This document shows, piece after piece, positions 25,301 through 37,300 of a stretch of DNA of 64,000 nt; positions within the stretch are counted from its first letter, which is position 1; each line of letters starts with the position of its first letter. This DNA is from Amphiscolops sp. MND2022 (taxonomy: Eukaryota), in NCBI GenBank assembly GCA_964187785.1, contig OZ076413.1:41542001-41606000 (forward strand), read 5' to 3'. The position numbers were made by a program, and so were the translations under genes. The notes under the pieces were generated by a model. The model made no database searches and was not told the origin of the DNA. It saw nothing but the letters and a program-made list of their open reading frames with translations.

Positions 25301-28300
25301 AACTCACAATGTTCTGGATTTCAGGAATGACTCTCTCAGAAATAGCATTGCTAATTGCCCTGTTTATCTGACTATGCACCATAGACATCATTGAATCCAT
25401 TTCCTGTGACAGTCTAAGGTTGAACTCGTTTGAAAAGGTCTCAAGGGATTGTCTTATGTCATCTTGTCTAGGAAGATTATTTTCATGAGGAAAATTAGTA
25501 TACCGATTCTCCAGGTATTCACTCGTCTCAATATCTCCTTGTACTGATGATTGTTCAATGGCATCTGCTATTTCTCTCTCAATAGGATTTTCACTCCCAT
25601 TACCTAACATTACGTCCAAGTTGTCCATATCGGACATCATGTCCATTTCTCTAGACTTTCTTGCCTTAGCTTTCTGTCTTCTTGTGGAAGGCATAAATGG
25701 TTGTACTAGAGGTAATATTTAAATTATTCTAGTAATCGGTTATTAACAACTGAACGGTTAATAATTTGTATCTGAGTATTATCAAAAGGTGAAATTGATA
25801 ATAATATCGCTTGTCAAATTGTGTCCCCGAGGACAGCTAGTCCTGGGTATTTATAGTTAGGGCGGGGGTGATGATCTAATTTCAGGGTGTCATGCATCTA
25901 TTTTTAGAACATAACGGCTAAAAATAGCACCGTGATGTCATCAACACACTAAATATATACTTCAAAGGACTAGCGGTGACTGAATATTAATACGGCCTCC
26001 ATGGCTACAATGACAATAACAGCCAAGAATTACATATATTAACATGTAAAAGCAACAATTCATGTATCATGTTTTATAACATGACTTTTCTAGCCATATT
26101 AGCTAGAATGTATCTAAAATAGTAAGCATCAAGATTTTAATTTCTGTACTTTCAAGGTACAGGAATGGTCAAGTATCCACGCTGTCTTATTATAGCAACT
26201 AATAGAGCAGCTTTCAACTATCTAAAATAACAGCATTGTCGGCTTGTGTCAAAGTGGACATGCTGTCCTTTATTTATTTCCAAGCCGTGAGAATGAAAGC
26301 CAAGTACGGCGCAGGTACTAATACCGCCATATTGGTTTAATAGCAACTGTACATGTACATAACTAAATACTGCTCTCTGATTGGTTGATTTCAAATTGGA
26401 TGCTTTGTCCAAGGCGACAGGCAAGAAAACATTTGAACTCGTTTCCTTTGCCTGTACGCCTTGGTGTCCAATTTCAATTTCACCGTACATTAATATACAT
26501 ATGAATAGTAACAGCATCTAACATTTTACATTGAGTATAAAATCAACTAATACTAAGCAATCGAAATATTACTTTCCGAACAAGTTTTAATTTATTGGGA
26601 GGGTATTCGGCAGGGCTCTTTGGTAGCTGTGGCTTATTGAATACAGATTCCCATCACAGGCGGCCGCCTGGGACACTCCCCCTGGAATCAACATAAAAGA
26701 GCCGACTTTCATTCCTTCCAGGAAAGCGAGTCTCCTAGCATTGAATTGCTCTGGTAGTTCCCCGTAAACTGCCGTCTTGTGAAGATAGTCAATCACAGCC
26801 TCATCCTGAATCTGCTCCACCGATTTGCCGCACACAAGGCAATCTGTACATCCTGTCATGTACGGTGTAAGACTGCCATCAGCCATTTTGAAATGAGAGT
26901 AATTCTGCATCCCTTGTTCGCTGAGTAGCACTGTTTGTCCCATCGGATTTTGCTCGTCGTACATTGGATACTTGTCCTGCGGTGGCGGCGAAAGCGGGGT
27001 ATCTACCATCGGTATCAACTGCCTGCACACATTAATCGGGTGATTGTTCTTCTGGCGGCTGTCTCTCGGGACCGGCCCCATTCCCATGCCCAAGTCAAAA
27101 TAACCAGCATTGAATGTAGGTTCTGGAGTGGGCATTGGCCTGGGTGTCCCTTTCCTGTTGTATTTAACAGTGTCGTTATCAGGAACCGGGATTGCTTTGC
27201 TTGTAGATGGAATTTCCATCTGCCTCTCTATACATCGGGCCAAAAGTGCGACTTCGTCATCTTCCGGTTCTGACAAGTCGTCCAGGTCTTCCACCGAACT
27301 CGTACTTAGGCACTCCATTGATTCATCGCTCGAGATGTAAATTATACCATCCCCCGGTGCCGCGCCTTGGAAGTCCATAGGAAATAAGGTGCTTTCCGGA
27401 GATAACTCTTGCTGGTCCATTTCAAATCTTTCTTTTATTATTTTCTTCGCAATTTTGAAAGTAACAATTTCCAAGAGCCAACTAGTTCTTGCAGTAGAGA
27501 AAAGTCTGAATGAAATATTTTCAAGCGGATTTTCCTTCAGACTTTGTTTGGTGGATTTCCCGGGTTTCTCGTCTCTCTCCTTGGAAATTCTTCAATAACA
27601 ACGCCGCAATGTCTTTGATGACAAGCCGACACCCGTTTGTTGACACCTAATAATCTTTACCGCTCTCCTGAGCAGGGAGTAGCCATCAATAGCATCTTTG
27701 AGTGTTTATTAACACTCATGAACTACTTGAAAATTTCAAGTGGGTGAATATATAGCTGAAGGCCATGCCGTCCGCCGTAGTTCTAGATAGCCAATAGGAA
27801 AGCAGTAATTTCTCTCTCAACTCAAAATGGGTTTTCAAGGTCATGAATCCATATAAGGAACAATATAAAATGACCTTGAAAATAAATAAAGAAATGGTAA
27901 AAGCATGAAATAATTCGTAGAATGACAAATTTTCTTCAAAATAAGATAAAGTAATGTAGATATTGCTGGCAGACTATATCCACATAATAACCTGAATTGT
28001 ACATAATTGTAAATTTGACACCAAACTGTATAGCCACGAACTCCAACTTTGACATATTGTCACATCGCCAATTCTCTTCAAATTCTTTTACATCTCAATT
28101 CCATTTGTATTACTCTTTTCTTCTTTGTATTACTTGTATCTATTCACCACATTTACTCTTCATCGTATTTAATCCATAGTTAGCTTTAGTCTACAATTCG
28201 TATTTATTTGCATTTGTCTTTACGTTTTCTTCTCATTTGTGGGATTTTTGGATTGTCCTCGGAAAGACGACCTCTAGCCCCTCTTCAGGCCATTCCCAGC

Positions 28301-31300
28301 CAACACAATCCTTCTTTGCCCCTTCTTCTTCTTCCTCTCAAGGAAATCCAACAGCGTTTTCCAACGTCATAGACTTTAATTGGACACCGTGTCTTCGTGG
28401 ACATCAATCGCCAAATTTCTTGTCCAGAGCTGTCTTCCCTGCCATCCCGTCCGCTTCCATCTGCACGCAACACAACTTCAACATCTTCCCACATCAAAAT
28501 CCAAGTAAGTCAGTTGATCTTGAGTTTCCTTTTGTTCCAATATATATTTTGAATTGAAATTAATGCTTGATCAGAGCTCTCATTCCATTCACGTACTTCC
28601 TGTCCAAATAACACAAGTGTTCACAAGTGTTCAACGTAGTCTGATTCCGGAAGACTTTCATACGCGAATATTGGTTCATACAGGAAGTTCACCTCTAACC
28701 TTCATTTTGTTTCTATTTAGACATGTCGTCCAATGAAGATACAACTCCAAGGAAACAAACGAAAATCAAACAGCGACAGAAATCGCTAAAGAAGCTGTTC
28801 CAAATGAAAATACCCCTACTGGACGATCTCCCTCGTCGAATTCAAGTGGGTCCAATGCCGAAAGCCTGAGTGCTTACGCTGAGCGGACCGTGGCTACCAT
28901 TGTCCAGAGAGACAACGAGTCTTCCGAGTCACTTCCTAATAGTGCTGCCCAAATTGAAGCCGAGCCAAATAATGTACTGTCCCAAAAAGAGTCAGTTTCC
29001 GACCTCATGGAGATCAGCACTCCCCTGACAACAGATGCAGTAGAAGAGACCAATTTGGGAGGAGAGGATTTAGAGGATACCCCTGGACACTTCGCTCAGG
29101 ACCCATACTCTACTGACACGAGCGAGTTCGGGGAATTACTTGACGGATCAGGAGTTAGTGGTCCTACTCTACAGGGCGCCAACAACATTTTCGTCACAGT
29201 CCCCTCGCCATCCTCAGGAGATGACGCTGGAGCAAAGAGGGGGAATTCAAGCAGCGAAGATTTGCTAGATGAACCACCCAGCACAAGCAAAGCTACCGCT
29301 ACACCCAGGCAACTTTCCATCACCGGGCGAGCAGCTTTACGCAAATGCTTCACGGAGAATAAACCCATCAATATTCCCGTTAGCCAACCTGTCATTGCCC
29401 TAAGTGAAGGGCAGATGCATACGGTCCTCCGCACCATCTCGGACGAGTCACTCCTCTCATCATTCCATTTGATGAAATCCCTGCTCCTTCAAGCCGCTGA
29501 CGGAAAAGTCATCTCAAAAGAGCGTTGTCGCCATGTAAGGCGTGCCGGCACTCCAGGCCCTGGACAACAATCTAGCTCTGAAGGAGAAAGCAGCGGGGAA
29601 GACTGTGCAAGCGGCAGTTATACAAGTGGTGCCATCAACTCAGATGACGCTCTAGATAGTTTGGATTTCCATATCGAGCACAATTACTCGCCAACTTCGC
29701 CTAGCTTCAGACCACAACCTCAACCGACCAGAACTGCTACTCCAATGTTGCCAACAAGTCCTGGTAGTGGGTACAGCGCCGAGGATTATGCCCCATTGGC
29801 CGCATTATTTCCCAAATCCACAGGAAACAAGACCCCAACTAAACCAGCACGAAAACGCCAGAAAGTGTCCGGACGACCAGGGAAAGTTATGAAGGAGTCC
29901 TACTTCAAAGGAATCAAATGGACTAAAACTTTCGTGACTGGGCCTTTGGATCCTTCTCACAATCAACACAAGTTCTATTGCCAAATTTGTAAGGCCAATG
30001 TTTCCATCAAGACAAAAGGGGCGCGGGAAATCATCAGACATTATCAAGGCGAGGCTCATCTGAGGAAAGACCAGAGATGGCGCTTTGAACACTTAAGCGT
30101 GACAGATAAAGTGACTGGCATCACTCGACATCAGGTCCGGGGAAATGACGGACGAATCTTGACTCCTTTGGAACTTGAGCGAGAGAAACCCCTCTTTGAA
30201 AATGCACCACTCGTCGACGTGGGGGAGAGGTACCCCTTTTATGATGAATATTTAGCCAATTCGGAAGGACAGCAGACTACAAAGGACCAGCGTGCCAGCG
30301 TTCAAATAGCTCTCGTTGGGAATTTTGTTCCCTACGATGGCAACATCTCCCTGCTACAGACATTGTGGTCCCAAGTAGGGGAATACATGAACCACAAAGA
30401 GCAGTTCTCCCCTTTTGATTGGAGTTCAGCCACAATGACCGTAAGTCTCTTTCTTTTGGTGGTTGAAATGAGGTTCTGCTTTTTCCATAGCTAACAAGAT
30501 CTTTCATTTTGGTTTAGGTGATATCTCATCACATCTTTACCTGTGCCATTGAGGATCTGTCTCACCACATTGCTCTGAACGACATGTATGCCCTTGAGTT
30601 TGAAGCAACCGGAAGAAATCAAACTATGTCAGTCCGTTTTTGGAGAGAGAACACCTTGGTCCGGGTCCCGTTGTTTCGATGTCCTTTGGTTGCCGGGTTT
30701 CCCTCCAACTTCATTACGGGACTGTCTCGACTCCTTTCAGTCATCTCTTTCAAGCCTGGCCTCGTGAGCGTGTCCGGTTGTCCCGCTTCTCTGGTTCGGA
30801 CCTTGGACAATTGTGGTTTATTCTCACGCGGGGTTCAGTACCCATTTCGATTCGACGTGCTGTCTCTGCAGGCCTTGATGTACAAAGAAGGAGGAAGTGT
30901 CTTTGGGCCAATGGATTTTTTCTCACAATTGCGATATTTGATCGTGTTCCTCAGCGGCATTTTGACAGAGCCCTGGACGCTGGAATCGCCTGAACTGACA
31001 AAGGTAGGCTACCTTTTGCTCCCTGTATAATTTTCACCCTCAAATAGGCTTTATGGTTTGTATGCCATTATAGGCAATAGAAGCTTCCACCTTTGAGCTA
31101 CGTAACATTCCTGCCATTTGCTCGGAGCTAATACAGCACTGGAAAGCCATTCTCGATTACCTCACCAGCAGAGCCCCATCCTACGCCATGCAAGGAGTCA
31201 AAGGAAAAGTTAGTATCTCCCAGCTTCATTTTTGCAGTTCCCTGCCAGTTTGTAATCGTCCTGCAAAGTACATTGATCCTATTTGTCTTCATTTCGACTC

Positions 31301-34300
31301 TATAGAGTGGTACGTGTTTTGCTTCAGCCCCAGAGCTTGGAATGGACCATTCTGTCTGACGACCTGTTCCCGCTGAAGGTTGAATTCTTCGGACGGCTAG
31401 TACGCGATTGTTAGTTCTGTTTCCATATTCCCTTCATGTTTTGATGACAATTTTTGATCGTTTACATATCCCACATTCCATCATGTTTGTCAACCAAAAA
31501 CCATAGGCCTTAATCGGCACCGGGCTATAGTATGCCTAATGGGTCTTTTTACCGTTTAGACACCAAGTGCTTCGAACGGAGTCTCATCAAGCGACGGGAC
31601 TCAGGATTTTTCACCTTTGGAGAGCTCTGCCGATACATACGGAGATTATGCCAACGGGCCCTGTTACCCAAGCACACCCCCGCGGACACTGATTGGTCTG
31701 GGCTTTTGCAACTGCAATTAGACGGGGTACGGCAACTTTCCAGCCGGGACTTCTTGTTGCGACTGAAGTTAAAAACAGACATTGACCAAGCTTGTCAACA
31801 GAAGGCCAAGAAGGAGTTGAGCTCCAAGTCGGACCAAGCGCAGGCGATCGAGAAACTGGCCAAAAACATGAAGGAAATGTTCGCTAGCCAGGCCCGCTCC
31901 TTCATCGTCAACATCCTCGAATCGCTCCTGGGCGATATTCGCCTTACAGCCCATATTGTGAGAGGGATGGCTGCTTTTGATTTGACTGTGCTGTCAACGC
32001 AGCCCATGGAGCAAGCCCTATTCTGTTTTACCTCGTTGTTTGACACGTTCCAGCTGCGAGGGTGGGTGTCTGCGGACTCTGAGTCCGATTACCGTGATGA
32101 GTACGTGGGATTCATCGACGATTTCCGCAATGCCTGCCCTAGCTTGATGAATTCCCCTGAGCTGGTGCACGATGTGACTGCCTTCCTGATCGGGATGCCT
32201 GCGTTGACCGCCCGTCCACACCTATTCCATCTTTTCCGCCTCAGCTGCATGTGTCTTACCGAGGCTAGCGTTCCGTTGCCGGCCATCAAATTTCACAATG
32301 TGGACTCCTCTGATTCGTTTTGTCAGATGTTTTGTTTCCGGCACAGTCATATTTAGCTCATGTCCCCGGAGCCATTCCCTACTGTGTTACTGAAGCAGCC
32401 CTCACGCGCTACCATCTTTTGAGTGCCAAATTCTCGTCTGGTAATGTCTCAGGGGACCCTTGGTCCCATGTGGATTCATTTGGGCAGATCTCCATACATA
32501 AGGAACTTCTGGCAGCCCACAAAATTCACGGGACTGATACTGAGGGGGTCAAGAAGGCCCATTTCGAAATGCCTCTGAAGCAAGTGAAGTGGGTAATCCG
32601 TTCTGTTCTCCTGGGAAGTCCTCCAAGTTAGCCCACTTTGGCAATATCCCTTCTTTGGAAATAGAGAAGACCGTTAAAGAACTGCAGCAGGGTTCTAGTA
32701 AACATTAAATGTACAAAGTGTACATTTGTTCTTAGTTGTTGCTGTGTACTTATAGTTTTCTGTCTCATTTGCAGTTTCTGAAATTGTTCATTTCTTCGCA
32801 GTTTATTTTATATTGCTGAATCAGTATTTCATGACTCGCTTTGTATTTGTGTACGTTGAGTCCACGTTTTCTGTTTCTTTGTATATATATTAGAGTCAGA
32901 GTAGTCCCAAGTAAAAAAGGTCATTTGTCAGTCTGAGTGGCTGTCGGGACATTATTTTACATATCTGGCTAATATCTGTATTCATCAGTGAAGTTGGGGG
33001 TGGGGTTAGGTCGAAGATTATATTTCCCTCCTCTAGGGCTAGAATTTTCTTCATTTTTTCCTTTTTCCGATATTCCGGGCACGGTAATATCTACGCCCCT
33101 TTCTGAAGCAATTTCCGCATTCTCTAAATCATTTGTGACGTCATTTTGATTTTCCGTCCCACGTGGCGTTTCGCTCAGCGGGGACGACGCGTCACGGTTG
33201 CTGGCCGATCTCGGCCGTACTTCATTCGTGTTGACGTCATTATCATTCATTCTTTCGCTGCTGCGTTCACTTTCGGTTGCGCTGCTGCTTTCATTCTCGG
33301 TGACGTAATAGTCGACTTCGTTGTTTGTGGCGTCTTGCGGCAGACGCATGGCCGTGTCTGGCCAATCATTTTTCTTCTGCTCAAACAGCTCTTACTCAAA
33401 GTCCGCTTCCCATGAAATGGTATACAAATCATCTTGCGGTATCATTATTTCTTCATCAGGCTGTAATTTCTCTTCTTTGTAGTTGTCCTCTAATGGGGTA
33501 TTTGGAACAAATTTTTTGAGCCTGATCCTGTGCAAGATCTGCGTTTTATTCGTATTTAAACGACGCACTATGTAATTGTTTTTTGGTAAGGTTTTTTGAA
33601 CGACGAAGGGACCAATCCATCGGAAGTCCCTAAATGGTATCTTAGAGCCTTGACTATCCGCTTTCGGTTGAAGAACAAAACAGTAGTCTTTCTCTTGTAG
33701 CGGAGCTGCTTTGGCCTTGCGGTCGTAGTACTCCTTGTACTTTAAATACGACTGCATAATGTTCCTTTTGGTTTGATCAATGAGGATTTGCGTCCTCTGC
33801 TGCAATTCTTCCGCGAATTCAGTCGTCGGTAGGAATTTTTTGTTAGGATTATTCCCTAATTTGTGATCCAGGACGTTATAGGGAATTCGGCCATGAAAGA
33901 CTTTGCTAGGCTCACAACCAATACTAGCGTGATAAGTAGTGTTATAGTTAAGCACAGCTAATGGTAAATATTTGTGCCATTGACGACGGTATTCCCCTGA
34001 GGCCATCTTTCGATTGGTTTTTAAAGAGGCGTGTGTCCTTTCAAGTTTACCAATAGTTTGCGGATGTTTAGTAGTGGCACACTTCAATGTGATCCCCAGT
34101 ATTGCAGTAATTTCTTCTAAAATTTTTGATGTAAATGCGGATCCCTTGTCTGTGATGAGTGTTGTTGGCAAATACGAATGTTTCGTCATGATGTCAATTA
34201 TCACCTTGGCTACGTTTGCGGCTGTTGCTTCAATTAGCGGGTAGGCGGATAAATATCTTGAAAATACATCTATTGCCGTCATCACCGTTTGGTATCCGCC

Positions 34301-37300
34301 GCTAGTTGGTAAATTTGGCAGTAAATCGATTTGCATGGCATCTTCTGGGCCTAGGTCCCATTCGGGTAAATTCAGTAATTCTGGGGTGATTATCGTGTTG
34401 GGGACCCTTTTGTCCTTGGCACATGTTTCGCAGCCTTCTACCCATTTTTTGACGTGTTTTGCAATTCCGGGGTAGTAGTATTTTTGGCGAATTTCCTGTA
34501 GCATCTTAGAAATGCCCGGGTGTCGATGTGCCGTGCCATGTATTGCTTGTAATAATTCTTTGAGTAAATGCTTTGGCAATAAGATTTGATGATATTTGAC
34601 CTGTCCGGTTTCATCGTAGTACTGCCGCGTCACTATCTCGTCTTTGAGGATTATTCGGTCTATGTTGTTCAAGTAATACTTGTACCGAATATCCTGTTGA
34701 AGGATTTCTTCAGAGTATTCTTCTTTTTGAAGTTTCGCCCTCAATTGGAGGAGAATCGGGTCTCTGGATTGTTCAAGCAGTATCTGATTTGTTCTTCTTA
34801 ATTTCTGCGTGAAATAATAATCTCTTCGACGGTATTTTCTGATATAGCGTCAATTTGGATTACTGTCTCAGGGACTATGAGGTCCTTTTTGGATTGTTGT
34901 TTCCGTTCCCAAGTTTGTTGCTCTGTCTCATCGTCTGCCTCAGTAAAGAAGACCTGCTCTTCTTCAGATACTCCCGCTGATTGAACATTGACCTCAATCG
35001 GTCGGGTTTCGACGTCTTCACGTATTTTCAGGACTAACTTTTCAGTAGGGTCCATTTCCATACGTGACAGGTAGTCCGCCGCTGTGTTATTTTTGCCTGG
35101 AATGTGCGCTATGACAAAGTTGAATTGAATGACAAAATCGCAAGCATTCCAGAGTAGCGGTGGGATTATTTTCGTCTGGAAGAACCTCGTGACCGATTTG
35201 TTATCTGTGAGAATGATCACAGGTTGAGGGGTTCCCCAGAAGATATGTCCAAATTCTTTAAACGCATAATATATGGCTAGGAATTCCTTTGCGAATATCG
35301 ACATTTTGAGCTGAGAGGGAGTAAAGGTTTTTGATCCGTAAGCAATTGGCGCATATGATTTCTTGACAGAGGTGTATTTTTGATTTGGGTCATCTTCGGT
35401 CAGTATGGCGTAACCGGCTGCCGTAAAACTTGCATCAGTCATGAGGACTAGCTGTTTGTTGGGCAGTGGTTGTTTCAGCGCTAGTTGACTGCACCTGTCT
35501 AAATCTCTGTTGATTTGATTGAACTGTTCAACTAGTTCGGTTGTCACTAGGACTTTCTCATCCTTCTTGAGCAGTTGGAAGAAGGGAACTAATTTTTCCG
35601 ATAATCTGGGTATATAATTCCTGTAGTAGTTGAGGAAACCAAGATAACGTTGTAGGGCCTTCTTGGACTTCGGGAATTTCGTCTTTTCCAGGAAATTAGT
35701 GATTCTTTCTTTTTGGGGTTTTACGCCTTCAGGTGTAATGGTTCTCCCAAGAAAGTCAATTTCAGTAGCGCCGAAATGGCACTTGTGCATGGACAATTTC
35801 AATCCTGCTTCCCTGATACATTGGAACAATGCTCTTAAGTTGACGATGAGCTGGTTAGCGTCTATCGCCGCGACACCGATATCGTCCACATATTGAGCAC
35901 ATTGGTCTGCTTTTATAACACGATCCAAGTATTCCCTCATGAAACTGGAGAAGGCCGACAGGGCTCTACTGAGTCCTTGGGCCAATCTTCTATATGCAAA
36001 TGTCCTGCTGGCGAAGTTAAAAGCTAGCACTTCAATCGATTTCTGGTCTGCCATAGGAAGGCAATGATAAGCTTGGGAACAGTCGAGTTTGCAAAAGAGC
36101 TTTTTGCCTGCCATATGTTGCGCCGCATCCGTCAAGGTGCTGACTGGGTGGTTGTTATTGACGTAGTCATCTGAAATCAGATTATTGATCTTCCGCAAAT
36201 CCACCAACAGTCTCAGTTTTCCATTGGGTTTTTTCTGCGCAAATATTGGACTGGCGTACTTCGAGAATGGTAGTGTTGTTATAATCCCATATTTATGGAG
36301 TAATGCCAGTTCGACCAATATGTCCTCTTTGAGGTTGACCGGAGTAGGTAGGCTCTGACTGTAAGCAGGCGACTCGTCCTTTGGGGTCAGTTTGACCGTA
36401 AATTCCTCATTGACGCCAATGTCAAATCTATGGCGTGCAAAGATGTCATGGAATTCCACTAATAGAGTTTCTATTTGTCTGATTTCATGTTGTTGTAACA
36501 TTGAGTCCTTCCAATCAAAATTGCTGAGGAATTTTCGACGAGATTCCGCATCGTCGTGCGGGTTGAGTTGTTCTAAACTTTGCAGGTTTCGTAATTCTTT
36601 GAGAATTCTTTGTTGTATTGGGGTATGGGTCGTTTCTTCCCCTGGGTTTTCAGGCGTCGGGAACCAATATTGTTCGTATTGGTCATTATTTCTGTTAGCT
36701 TTAAGAAGGCTACTAATATAATAAATAGCGTCGTCTTCATTTTCATTCAGTAAGTGCCAGGTGGACACTGGGTCTATTGACCTGACGTGTTTCATCTGTT
36801 CAGGGGTCATCACTGAAAAGTTTGCAATGTGCATCCCTTTCTTTATTTTATAGGGTTGATCAGTGAAATTGTTGACGTGTATTCTCATAGCCCCTTCATG
36901 TAGTGTGACTATGGCGGCACATAAGGTTATGTCGCCTTCCTCGTGCAGAAGATCGCTGGGTTGCAATATGCCCGTAACTGCATTTTCTGCGTAAATTTGT
37001 GATTGAATGGGTTTGACCACATGGTCATTGGGCGAAATTGTGACATCCTCAGGGTTGAGGATGGGTTCCAAAACATTTGAGTATTTATGGTCAGCCGTCT
37101 TGAGTTGCATCGAGAAGTAGGGAAAGTTGAGTATACCTTGGCGCATGTCCAGGACAGTGTGGTTCCTTTGAAGGAACATTAGTCCAATTATGGGGCTTGA
37201 CAGTTTTTCCATTACAATGAAACTTTCGTGAAATTCTATGTCGCCCACTTCGAATTTTAGTTCGACTGTGCTCTTTGGGGTTTCTAAGTCTCCATTTGCG

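Noticed and set aside
24957..25694. 245-aa ORF as an independent host gene
   Set aside because: It is the 3' LTR copy of the Gag N-terminus reading into flanking DNA
26218..26517. 99-aa ORF duplicated at 40278-40577
   Set aside because: Lies in U3 of both LTRs; the duplication is explained by LTR identity and there are no recognisable motifs
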